From Chiloscyllium plagiosum (taxonomy: Eukaryota), in the NCBI RefSeq assembly GCF_004010195.1, contig NC_057711.1, positions 75,144,149 to 75,208,148 of the forward strand: DNA of 64,000 nucleotides. Direction: 5' to 3'. Shown here one piece after another: positions 38,045 to 49,494 of this stretch. Both the position numbers and the translations under genes were made by a program. Within the stretch, counting starts at the first letter, position 1. Each line of letters begins with the position of its first letter. Below the pieces are notes generated by a model. It did no database searches. It was given only the letters and a program-made list of their open reading frames with translations, and was not told where the DNA came from.

Positions 38045-38897
38045 GTAAGGAAAAGGAAAAATAATTATGAATATGTCTTCAATTTTTAAAATATCTTAAA
38101 CCAATTTCCATTCCACAAATCTTTCCAGATTAATTCTCCTGATATCTAAACTGACAGCCATTTGCAATACTTCTCAATCAACTCCACAGAATGTTTAACT
38201 TATACTTATATCTTGTAGTGTATGTGAATCCGACTGGTACCCAGGGAGCAAAAGAAAAGATAAATGTTAGAGTCAGTCAGTTAAATAGCATGCAAGCTTT
38301 AAGTTCTAAAATCTTCATTTTAGGCTAAAATTTATCATAAAAGCATATTCCATCAATATTATTTCAAGGTCCTCACAAGCTAAGCTTTATATTTTGCATA
38401 TAGGAGTGGTTAAAATGAAGATTGATACAAAAAAAATGGGTAGAGTTGACAAAGCAAGGGCCAATTCTATTCCACTGAGGCTAAATTCACATTATCTTAT
38501 GAAACAGGTACAAAATCTGATCTCAATCATGTCATTGCAAAGACTCCAAGCAACTGCTTTTATGCGAGGCTCTATTTCCCAAGCTGACTGCATTGGCATC
38601 TACAGGTTGATCCAGGTACGTTCCAATTCTTTTACTTACAAATATGAATATTGGAGTCAATATTGCCAGTATTTAATCATAGATATACAGTAGACAGTTT
38701 TGTTCAAGGAAATCTTAATTATTTACCTTCAACTATCAGGAACATAATGAAAGTTAATGATTTTAACGTTGAAATATTGCTGACCAAGCTCAGACCTAGT
38801 TCGGCACATATTTGGAAGTAGGTGGTCCTCTGGCAGAGAATTAGTATCCCTATTTCTGATACAGATAAGACAAAAGGTTGCCCACTTGTCTTCCCAG

Positions 38898-39018
38898 GCA
38901 TTTTCCAACTTGATGTCTGATACAGGATCAATTCCAACAGATGAAATCAAGAGAATAATGCGGGCAACATCGGAGTGCTCTTCATATAAGCCACAACACA
39001 ATAGTTACCTGTACATCA
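38898..39018 (+). CDS. Candidate orphan exon AFSNLMSDTGSIPTDEIKRIMRATSECSSYKPQHNSYLYI
   Basis: cccacttgtcttcccag acceptor, A|gtaagt donor, 121 nt open frame in non-repeat DNA. Confidence 0.3.
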
Positions 39019-39054
39019 GTAAGTAAAGGCAGTTTAAAGCTCCCCAAATGAACT

Positions 39055-39236
39055 GCTTAGCTCAGTTGTCTGGGTGGTTGGTTCACAAAGCAGTGATACC
39101 AACAGCATAAGTTCAATTCCCCCACTGGTTAAGTTTACCATGAAGAACTCCCCTTCTTGATCTCGCCACTCACCTGACACATGGTAACCCTTAGGTTGAA
39201 CCACCACCAGTTGTCTCTGCTGAGAGAGCAGCCCTA
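39055..39236 (+). mobile_element. tRNA-derived SINE (A box tagctcagttg, B box agttcaattcc)
   Basis: Pol III boxes followed by core ggtaacccttaggttgaaccaccaccag. Confidence 0.65.
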
Positions 39237-39592
39237 TGGCCTAGTGATATTATTGTGAGACTGTTAATCAAGAGACCCAGGTAATGTTATGAGGACCCAG
39301 GATCAAATCCCACTATGGTAGATAGTAGAATTTGAATTCAATAAAAACGAAATTCTGGAATTAAGTGTCTAATTATGACCATGAAACTGTTTTGATTGTC
39401 AGAAAACTCTATCTGGTTCATTAATGTCCTTCAGGGAAGGGAACTGCTGTCATTTCCTGGTCTGGCCTACATGTGACTTCGGACCAACAGCAATGTGGTT
39501 GAAACTTAATTCTCCTCTGGGCAATTAGGGATGAGCAATAAATGCTGGCCTGGCCAGCAAGATCCGCATCTTGTGAATGAATAAAGAAAACA
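39237..39592 (+). mobile_element. tRNA-derived SINE with LINE-derived tail (SacSINE1/DeuSINE-like)
   Basis: tggcctagtga A box, ggatcaaatcc B box, tail gggcaattagggatgagcaataaatgctggcc shared with the LINE end at 26762. Confidence 0.75.
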
Positions 39593-40799
39593 AAAATTGA
39601 AAACTTTTGAGAGAAGACAAACATGAGGAGGCAGGGGGTCATGTGCATGAGGCAGTAGGGTGGCAGGTAACTAGATGAAGGGGAGTTAGGTGGCATGTGG
39701 ATGACGGGTTGGGACAGTGAGTAAATGGATGAGTGTCGGTATGTGTCCAGGAGAGGCTTGTGTCTCATGGGCAGGGAAATGATCGAATGTTTGGGTGGGG
39801 GTATGGAACTCGGGGGGCATGGAACTCAGGTGCTCGGAGAGATAAACATAAGTGGATTGGGGAAAATGGAGTGGAAGTGATTGGTGCAGGCAGGGTGAGG
39901 GTGAAATGGAATGTCCCATTTCCTCTAAGGGTGGGTTTGGATGTGAAGGGTGCTATTTCACGTGGTGGGGGCATATGGACAGGAAATCCCGTTGCCTTAG
40001 CAACTGCATTTCTTCATCCCTACCCAGAACAAATGCTGCTGGGAAGCATGGAGTGATATCTTCCAATTGGAGGCCAAAGTTGACCTGTAATAGCCAGTTT
40101 GAGACCTGATTTCTCCACCACTAATTCTACCATCAACTAGTATGGAACCTGCCATGTAGCTGCAAGACGACTGCCCATCAGAACTTGGTGAATTTAATTA
40201 AATCGCACTGGGGTTGAACAACGACCCTTGTTCTAGGTAATCTGTGTCCATCAATGGACCCAGCATGAGGAAAGGGTGGCTTGTAGAAAACTATATCCAT
40301 TCCTTTCTGTCATTCCACTATCCCCCCTGCCTCCCTATTACCTCTATTCTTTCTACATTTACTCTTTTCAGGGTTCCATCAATGATTCCTGTGAAGGTCC
40401 ACTCTGGTACCAATAATGGTCATCATTCTGGGTAGTCTCTTTGGCACTGGAGAACTGTTTGCTTCTGATTGCTGGGCAACTTTGAGGGACAGGATTTTTG
40501 CCCTGCACAAGGCTTTATTTAAAAGATGGCTCAAATCTGCATCGTTAAGTGCTTGATTGTGATCAAATTCTCCTGAACTTTCCCAAAATCATTAAGCCAG
40601 CATTCCCACCAGTTTTCCAGTTCATTTCACTTTGAAGATTAATCTTGAGTTGCCAGTTTTCCTTAACAAATACTGAAATCAACAGAAAATTAGAGATCTC
40701 AGCCTTGCAGATTTGGCACAATCATTTGAAAAATGGCATTGTTACTTCCACAATAATGTCCAAATACAACCTGTCTAGATTCAGATTTTCTAATTGGGT

Positions 40800-41420
40800 T
40801 TGAACTTGACATGATACAATATGTCAGCTATGGAGATGTCAAACATTCTTCCTGCCACAGAAATGAAGCGTATATGGGTTTCAGTGGTGGACTGATGCTA
40901 AATCTGTAAGCTGAACATCTCAGTGACTACTGGTGGGCTGGTAAACAGCATATCTTTTAAATTGCCCATATCAGGCAATATGCCAATAGTGTTCGACCAA
41001 TCTGTGTTTGCAAAACTCAGCTCACAGTGTCCAACATTACATGTAATTCTACTATTGCTCAGCAATTATTAAATAATCCTAACTTCACTAAAAACTGCAG
41101 TGGAAACCAATTCAAGCTTATCCATTGGGCTCACTGTGTGATTCCATCGCATGTCCTAGAAGCTACATATTTCACCGAACAATGTCTTGCTCTTTGTAGA
41201 CAAAAAGAAAATCCATCCGCACCTGCACCTTTTTCATTGAGAAAAGGATAATGGAGGAAGCGAATCCCTGCCTCACCCTTTTGGCAATCCCCTGACCAAT
41301 TAGAGTTGACTTGCCTGGTTTAAATTGAAACAGTTAATATTAACTAAGATTATCCCCAGATAGCAGTTATCGCCATGCTTACCACAGTGTAACCAATCAG
41401 CACCCTCTTCTTAAAGTATA
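40800..41420 (+). mobile_element. Old Penelope-like GIY-YIG endonuclease relic (another family)
   Basis: CNSTIAQQLLNNP..NQFKLIHWAH..VLEATYF..LCRQKE resembles the SAIxxHL..FKII..LEAxYI..L C-terminus of PLE GIY-YIG domains. Confidence 0.7.
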
Positions 41421-41578
41421 TGAAGTATTGTTTCCGTTCTAAATTTGTTGTTGAATTACATAAGAGTTTGAGTGGCATAGGTTATGACAAGATCTGTGGA
41501 AAATCAAGCCACAGGCATGATGAGGTTCATCTCATCACTGAGCCTCACCAGGCTTGAGCTTGAATCTCTAAAGATGGA

Positions 41579-41769
41579 GGTCAGGCAGTACCCAAGGAGC
41601 AGGAGAATCAACAGTTCAGGCATGAGCCCTTCTTCAGGAGCCCTTCTTCCTGAAGAAGGGCTCATGCCCGAAACGTCGATTCTCCTGCTTCTTGGGTGCT
41701 GCCTGACCTGCTGTGCTTTTCCAGCAACACACTTTCAGCTCTGATCTCCAGCATCTACAGTCCTCACTT
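41579..41769. mobile_element. Palindromic mini-PLE insert with two head-to-head hammerhead motifs and 14-bp TSD
   Basis: 61-nt arms at 41579-41639 and 41648-41708; tctctaaagatgga at 41565-41578 and 41770-41783. Confidence 0.9.
41650..41677 (+). ncRNA. Minimal hammerhead ribozyme core (CUGAAGA-A-GGGC-UCAU-GCCC-GAAAC-GUC)
   Basis: Intact core and perfect 4-bp helix II. Confidence 0.72.
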
Positions 41770-44700
41770 TCTCTAAAGATGGAAGTGAGACTGGCAGGGT
41801 GTAGGTGGATGGCCTGGCCAGTTCCACATTGTCATGAATGGAGACTGCTTAGGGGCCTGTCTGTGTGGTTCCACCTCCAGCTGAATATCTCCTGCACCTT
41901 CTTGTCTCCTTGTGGAACAGGGCATATGGATTAAGTCAAGGTTCCCAATCCCCACAGTGGCCATGCCTTTAGTCATGGGGGCCAGAGGCTGAAGTGGTGG
42001 ACTGCAGTTTTGTCTGATAATGCTGGGCCTGGCTTCTTCTGCAGCTACCAACCTGTCAGTGGAGGCAGACAAATGGTCACAGGATTCATTGCATTGCTGT
42101 AGATTCTGGGCAACAGAGCCATGGCATCCCAGATGTCTGCCTACTGCTGCCCCCTCCCCCAACCCCGCATATATGGATGAAGTCCCCGATTGCTAGAGCA
42201 CAGGATCACTTGCCTGGGCCTGAGAAGGTTTTTGGTGTACTGCAGTTCTCCAATTGGCAGCTGCCTGGGTCTTTTTCTCCTCGAACAGAACCTCTCTCAG
42301 CAAGGTTCTCACCACACACATTTCAATGCCTACAGTTCCCTCCGAGGTGTCTGTACCTGGACTGGTTGTGGGGTTGGGGTGGTGTGTAGCAGGCAGCCTT
42401 GCTGATGAGTCCAATGAGGCTTTGATGTTCTCTTCCTCAGAAATCCAGGAGGGTGGTTCATCCTCAACCAGTTGCTTCTCTGCAGCTGTTGTGAGGATCC
42501 TGATGGAACCTGCAAGCCAAACAGAAGAGAATTTGTGGCGGCCAATGGCTAGAAGAATGAAAACCAAGTTAATGGAAGTGTGGTACTTACTGATTTGGAA
42601 AGACATAAATACCCCAGCATCCTTACAAGAGTGGTCTTAGTTTTGTTCTGCATGGACCAGGATTCTCTCCTCGGAAGGGTTGAGGTCAGAGATATCAGGC
42701 ACCCAACCACCTCTACGGGCTCTGTTATGGACTGTCTCCTCCTAAAATGAGAAAAAGGGGGGAAATGAATGTGATGACAATGGGTGGCAAGGCTGTTAGT
42801 CCTGTTTGTACATTAGGAAAAGTATTAAGGTTATTTCCAAAGAACCAAACAGTCAACATAAAGTGCATGCAGGATTAATTTAAAAAAAGGAAGTGTTGGA
42901 GAAACTCAACAAATTTGGCAGCATCTGAGAGAGAGAGAACAGAGTTAACATTCTGAGTCGAGTAAAATCTTCTTCTAGTTTGCTTTAATTTGAATGGCAT
43001 CACATTCTGGTGATGAGGCATCAGCCTTGGTGGGATGTGTGTGCAGAGGCAGAGATAGGGTGTGAGGTAGCAGAGAGAAATGTGTGCCTCTTACCTTGGC
43101 GGTATGGAGGTCATTGACCCTCCTTGCTACATTGCTGGCCATTCCTCCTCAGCCTGGAGATGGCACTGACCTGACTCACAAACTGGGACCAGGCTGGCAG
43201 GGATAGGTAGCCAAATCTACTCTGCCAGTCATCCAGGGAGAGGGCAGCCCTCCTGTACAATACCCTTTCCACCAGGGCCTCCAGGTCACTGTCAAAAAAA
43301 CATGGTGCCATCTTCCTCTGCTCCGGCATGTATTCCAAGCAGCTGGGCAGTTCGGAATGCCAGTGCCCATCCCCAGGTGCGCTGCAGTATTTTAAAGATG
43401 ATTTGGTGTGAGGGATATCGGTCTTCCTAATTTATAGATAGCAATTGTTGTTTTATCAGACTGTCTCTTATTTTTATTGTCCCTATTGATCACTTCAATT
43501 TTAACCACAATTAATCTACTATGAATACACTGCTGATAATAGTCAGGTCAATGAAAGGTTTTTGTGATTGTGCAGAAACAAATAATTCTTCTTCATTTAA
43601 CAAGGAATTGGATCCACTTAACTGCTGCTAAATACCTGATGCCCTTGCAGCATATGACTTTGTATTAGTAGGAAGATAGGCGAAGAATTAGTGACACATT
43701 CTTCACCAATCACACCCTCACCTCCAACAATGCAGCATGTTTAGCTATCAGACAGCCAATCAGTAGCGCATACTGACCACATCCCTACAGTAATAGAAGT
43801 CCTAATCAGGTCCAATAGCCGAAAGGCACATAGGAGTGGGGCTGCATTTGAGTGGCTGGAAAGTGGGAGGGGGTGGTTTACCAGGGGTGTCTGTGTAATG
43901 TGCACTGTTTTATTACTCGATTGATTGAAATGTTTAGTATATGATAGTATCTATTGTTTCCTCTTTGGTAAATTAAGGTGGGATTTGGAGTTCATCCGCA
44001 TTTCCCTGTGAATTGGCTGTACTGTGGGGTTTGGAGTTTTGACTTTGCCATCCCTTTCCCCTGTAAATTGCTGTTTTTTGCAAACTTGTTATTTATTGTT
44101 CATTGTTGACTATTTGGATTTTTTTTAACAAGTTTAATTTTTAAAAATTGGCAGTCCTAATCTGAATCAAGGTCACCCTTCATAAACACATATTTGGCCA
44201 ACAAATAGTCTTCCCAAAGCAGCACTGGCACAATATTCTGTCACCAGTTTGAGACAAACGATTTCAAATCACTAACACATACACCCGAGGGGCTGCAATA
44301 GTTATTAGAAAGAAGCTCACCACTATCTTTTGAAGTGTGATGAGGATTGACCAACAAATAAAAGCCATGTCAGCGTTGCTCACATCAAATGAAAAGATCT
44401 TGGTGTTCAGATTAATTTCAATAAAAACATTGATACTCAAGATTCTGTGATGGCTAAGTGTGATACACCATTGTAACTTGACAAGAACCCCAAAGCAATA
44501 TGTGTTAAGACAGAAAGTACAATTCAAATAATGTTCGAGCACAGATATCATGGACCACCTCATTGTGTGGAATGACTAACAAATTTCAATGCAATTTGGA
44601 ATGTTGTATGTGATAGAAGCTTAGATAATTAACAAACATACTGGAAAATATTGCAATTTCTTTCACATTTTACTTTTTTTTGCCACATGCAGCTGAATAC

Positions 44701-44814
44701 TTTTGGCTTTTCCATCTACTCATTGACTTGTATTTGAATTAACAATTCTCAGTTTCTTCCAGTCCAAATACAAGAATTTCTTGGATTTGCAGTGGTCTCA
44801 GCATTTTCTTCAAT

Positions 44815-46499
44815 CTAACTACAAGGCATCAGTTCATGATCTTCATTGGGACCTCTGGAGCAAGATGTCCACTGCTTTAAAGCTTCCCACAGCTTGAAGG
44901 CTACTCCAACAGTTAAAATGCGGACACCTTCTTTAATAACTGTACTTGTTGTTTGCATGGTGGTGCTAAACATGTTAAAAGACAAAAGGAAAATGTCCCT
45001 TACAGGGGTTAAATAAATCCTGATAGCATCCTGAATTTCTGGTGTGTCCAAGTACATTGTGCCTTGCACAGCTCTTGTTCCATTTTGTATGGTGGGTTGT
45101 CTGAATATAAAACCATAGCATACTTTTTGAAACAAGATTTTCCATTCAGTTTTCAGTTGTGATGGAGTTGTCTGGGTTTCTCTTTCGAGTGATAATACTG
45201 AGGCATTCTCATGTTGTGATGGTGAATGATGTAAAGAAGAAAATGCCATCTCAAGGTTGGGTGAGAATGTTAACTCTCTTCCACCTAAGTTGGGAGTCTC
45301 TCTGTCAAGCCGAGGTAGTTCCATTCTTCCTGAAAGTGGAGCTGTGCTTTCAAATGGAGTTGGTGTTAATCTTTCAGATGGATATCTTGTTACATTTTCA
45401 TATGAAGTTGGAGCATAATTTACAAACAAATGTGAATTTATTCCTTCAGTTGTATGTGTATTCATTTCTTCAGGTGCACTTGGAATAATTCTTTCAAATG
45501 AAAGTGGCATTGTTCTTTCATCTGAATATGGAGTCCCTCTGTCAGTTCTGTGTGGAGTCACTCTGTCAGTTCTGTGTGGAGTTCCTCTGTCAGTTCTGTG
45601 TGGAGTCCCTCTGTCAGTTCTGTGTGGAGTCACTCTGTCAGTTCTATGTGGAGTCCCTCTGTCAGTTCTGTGTGGAGTCACTCTGTCAGTTCTGTGTGGA
45701 GTCCCTCTGTCAGTTTTGTGTGGAGTCACTCTGTCAGTTCTGTAAGGACTCTCTCTGTCAGTTCTGTAAGGACTCTCTCTGTCAGTTCTGTAAGGACTCT
45801 CTCTGTCAGTTGCACATGGAGTCACTCTATTAATTGTGTGTGGAGTCACTCTGTTGGTTGAGTGAGGAGTCAATCTGTTTGTTGTGTGAGGAGTCAATCT
45901 GTCTGTTGTGCATGGAATCACTCTATCTGTTGTGTGTGGAGTCACACTGTTCATTGTATGAGGAGTCATTCTATCTGTTGCCAATGGAGTTGCTCTGTTA
46001 GTGGTGCGTGGAGTCACTCTGTCTGTTGTGAATGGAGTCACTCTATCAGTTGTGTGTGTAGTTAGTCTTTCAAATGGAAGTGGTATGGCTGTTTTAGATG
46101 CACATGGAATGTTTGCGTCAAGTAAAAGTCGTTTCATACTTTTGGTTGAATGTGGATTCATTCTTTCAAATGGAAGTTGTATTGCCCTTTCAGATAGAGG
46201 TGCAATTGCTCTTTCAAATGGAAGTGCCACTGCTCTCTCTGATAAAGGTAAAACTTTCAGCTCCATTGGTACTTCCTGCAGTGACAGATGTGAGTTTCGC
46301 TTGCTACTAGTTTTTGGAGCTGAAGTCTCCCCTAGCTCTGTTTTTGAATGATCTTGCTCAGCAAATGCTATGTTCTGCAAGCTGGAATCATGGAGTATTG
46401 TTTTTTGTTCCCCTGCCTCATCTGGACCATCCTTGTGGTCATCCATTTGGGTACCTAGAATGAGTGTTGTTTGGATCACTTCCAGAGCTTCAGAATCAT
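44815..46499 (-). CDS. Large terminal coding exon of an unassigned host protein with an octapeptide tandem repeat and hydrophobic C-terminus
   Basis: About 560 codons open in non-transposon DNA; strong acceptor ttctttctctttattttgcag at 46500; TAG at 44815-44817; 24-nt periodicity preserved without frameshifts. Confidence 0.85.
45328..46239 (-). repeat. Coding 24-bp minisatellite, about 38 units, most homogeneous at 45520-45807
   Basis: Units DRVTPHRT / DRGTPHRT / DRESPYRT, degenerating outward to ERAIxLPF-type units in the same register. Confidence 0.95.
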
Positions 46500-47230
46500 C
46501 TGCAAAATAAAGAGAAAGAATCAAGCTATAAACAATCCATAATCATTGGTACTCAGTCAGGGAGGTACATTGGAAGAAATTACATTACAACATTGTGGTG
46601 CCAAATTTCCGATTTTAGCCATGAATCCCCAAATAGAACAAATGATTACTGAACTAGTTATATCACTAGTTTGAGGCATGCTCCATGGATTTTCCATTCA
46701 TTAATATGAATGGATAGAAAATCTCAAGGCCTGATTAGAAACCTAAATATGTGTTCTTTGTAATTGAAACTTCATACTAGAAATCTGAATTCAGAAACTT
46801 GCTTTTTATATCTTATCTAGGTTCTATCCCAGACATTGAGTTTCTAGAAGAAAAATCCTTCATAAATATTTCTGATTCAATAAGGATACCAGGCAGCCAC
46901 TGCAAAAAATATTTACAGGTCAACCAATTTTCACAATTTAATCTTGATCTACTACTTCCAGAGAACACTGTCTCCCAAGCCTCGAGCATAGGTACTACTG
47001 AGGGTAATTTACCATCCAAAATAGGTGGCTTTATGCCCTGTGGGTCATGCGGGATGGATTAGAATCAGAAACAGGAACAAAATCAGTTTCAAGTTCCACA
47101 ATTTCCTGTTTCAGCAGAAATGGCTCAAGGGCAGGTGACAAACAGACACTCGGGAGATGTTTTGTTTGTTGTATCCTTTTAAGAAAGCCTCGTGTCTCCA
47201 TTTTAATAGGGTTCCTATTTTTAACCTCAC

Positions 47231-47246
47231 CAGCTGGATTTCTAGT
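47231..47246 (-). CDS. Candidate 16-nt microexon (TRNPA + G) linking the 48.0-kb exon to the large exon
   Basis: Long pyrimidine tract and tttcctccag acceptor, CTG|gtgagg donor; converts phase 0 to the phase 1 required at 46499. Confidence 0.45.
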
Positions 47247-48003
47247 CTGGAGGAAACTTAGCAGGTTAAAAAAAAAACACAGAAAAGGCTGAATTCATAA
47301 GATAACTGCCTTTACAGCACTGTTTGAAGGTGTAAGAGGTGTTTTTTTTTTGTTTCCCCAGCCAAGAAGCAACCCTGTAGCAAAGTTTGCAATTTTGCAA
47401 TCTCTTTGTCAGCTCTTCAGTCATAGTGAACACATAACCCCAAGAAATTGGCAGGAGTCTCAGGAGTACAAAACTGGATTCACATCACACTACCGTCTTC
47501 CCTATTTTACTCCTCAGTACTTTACCTAATCATGAAAACGGTCCCCACTTATTTTGTTTCTCCTTCAGAAGAAAGTCAGTTCTGTAGATCTCTCATATTT
47601 TTCAGGTTGGTTTTCTTTTTGAGTTATACAGTTATATTTACCATATTTATGTGAACTCTTAAAATGTATCAATGTCATTTTAAAAGACTGATAACTAAAA
47701 TTTCAAACAAATTCATAAACTAGCAGCATGCAACAAGATATTTAAAGGACAGTTGACCCACTATCAACCATTTTGCACCCTTGCTGATATTGAACTTTAC
47801 GGCCAACAATTTCTTGAAAATGATTCCAGCTTCATTAGATATTGATCAGGGAAAGCTTTTGTGGCTAGACTTAGAAAACCAAAGGAAGTCATCCCAAGGA
47901 TTCAAAATGTGATCTGAACAATATGAAAATAACTTATTCAAAGTTGGCCAAATACCATTGTTATAAAACCCAGTATGTTACCATCTATTGATGAAGTACT
48001 TAC

Positions 48004-48066
48004 CTTTATTTTAGGCTTTTGCTTCTTTAATCTATTCAGTATAGCATACCTTCTTTTATCAGACAT
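48004..48066 (-). CDS. Candidate first coding exon MSDKRRYAILNRLKKQKPKIK
   Basis: ATG preceded by an in-frame TGA, perfect AAG|gtaagt donor, acceptor ttccag at 48097; basic, NLS-like peptide. Confidence 0.55.
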
Positions 48067-48870
48067 GCTTGAGCTCAATAAAATTCATGTTATTTTCTGG
48101 AACAATGCATTTCATAAATTTTACTTCATAATTTTAAGATGTCCATATGCTAAATGCATAGAAGTTACAGAATTAGCAGCACAGAATTATTATTAAAGCA
48201 GCACAGAGGAATGAACAATTTCACCTTTTCCCGTGTGAAGTTATGTATGGATGTACTGGAAGTCATTCCCTCTGCCAAAAAACATTCATCCTTTGCCAGC
48301 TTCTTAATGTAATTTGAGCATCTGCAGCAGCATTACCACACTTTTGATTCAGATTTATTTAGTTATTTATTACCTTACCAATATTCTCTCATGTAGCTTA
48401 GAGTCAGAGTTTCATACAGCTGTACAGCACAGAAACAGAACCTTCAATCCAATTTATCCATGTGAACCAGATATCCGAAATAAATCTAGTCCCATTTGGC
48501 AACATTTGGCCCATATCCCTGTAAACACGTCCTGTCTGTTACATGTTGTAATTGTATCGGTTTCCACTACTTCCTTGGGCAGTTCATTCCATACATGAGC
48601 CAGTTTCTGTGTGAAAACATTGCCCCTTAGGTGCCTTTTAAATCATCCTCCCTCACCCTAAACCTATGCCCTCTAGTTTGGACTCCCCTACCTCGGTGAA
48701 AAGAACTTGGCTATTCAACCTATCCATGCCTCTCATTAGTTTATAAACCTCTATAGGGTCACCCCTCAGTCTCTGATACTCGAGGGAAAATGGCCCCAGT
48801 CTAGTCAGCCTTTCCCGATAGTTCAAACCCTTTAATCCTGACAACATCCTTGTAATTTTTTTCTGAACCC

Positions 48871-49044
48871 TTAAGACAGAGATAGATAGGTTCTTGATTG
48901 CCAATGGGATCAAAGGTTACAGGGAGAAACCAGGAGAATGGGGTTGAGAAACCTATCGGCTATGATTGAACGGCAGAGCAGACCCAATGGGCTGAATGGC
49001 CTAATTTCTGCTCCTATGTCTTATGGTCTTATGGTCTAATGGTC
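48871..49044 (+). mobile_element. Short CR1 3' end with (TATGGTCT)n tail nested antisense in CR1
   Basis: KTEIDRFLIANGIKGYR; host sequence tgaacc..ctttcaag resumes after the tail. Confidence 0.88.
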
Positions 49045-49218
49045 CTTTCAAGTTTATAACATGCTTCCTATAGAAGGGAGACCAGAATTGAGCACAGTAT
49101 TCCAAAAGTGTCCCAACCAATGTCTTGTACAGCTACAATATAATCTCCCAATGCCTGTACTCAATGCACTCACCAATAAAGGTAAAAATACCAAATACCT
49201 TCACCATCTTGTCTACCC

Positions 49219-49494
49219 TCATTGAAATAAATACTGTTTAAGTTATCAGCCCTACCTTGTTCTCGGCTATGCTCCTGCCTGCCCTGACTATTTGACTTGT
49301 TCCTTTTCCCAACTGTACCAGTCTCAGACTGATCTCTTTTCTAACTGTCTGCCTGGGCTTCCCCCTTTGCTGGAAAAAGCCTCCTGAGTAGTTCCAGAAA
49401 AATCTTGCCAATATGTTAGTCTCCTTCCAAATCAAGCGTAAACTATACTTCTTATACAGGTCACTTCTACCCCAGGAGAGATCCCAATAATCCA
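49219..49494 (+). repeat. 276-bp copy of 51470-51745 inserted 2251 bp away
   Basis: Collinear, about 8 mismatches, no indels seen. Confidence 0.93.

Larger units (their letters stand above)
41480..43329 (-). pseudogene. Harbinger Myb/SANT-like DNA-binding protein gene relic, three exons (43329-43095, 42741-42591, 42509 to about 41480)
   Basis: APCFFDSDLEALVERV..AWSQFVSQVSAIS..QQC..VNDL; exon 2 HNRARRGG.PDI..EERIL; canonical GT-AG sites in matching phases; one frameshift and one stop. Confidence 0.8.

Noticed and set aside
38729..39001. Minus-strand ORF containing DIKLEN, reminiscent of a kinase catalytic loop
   Set aside because: Lacks HRD, DFG and APE; spacing is wrong; likely chance, and it overlaps a better-bounded plus-strand exon candidate.
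45498..46065. Plus-strand repeat ORFs (CVESLCQF)n and (VWSHSVSS)n, and a CRISPR-like appearance
   Set aside because: Antisense shadows of the 24-bp coding repeat; units are contiguous with no unique spacers, and the context is eukaryotic.
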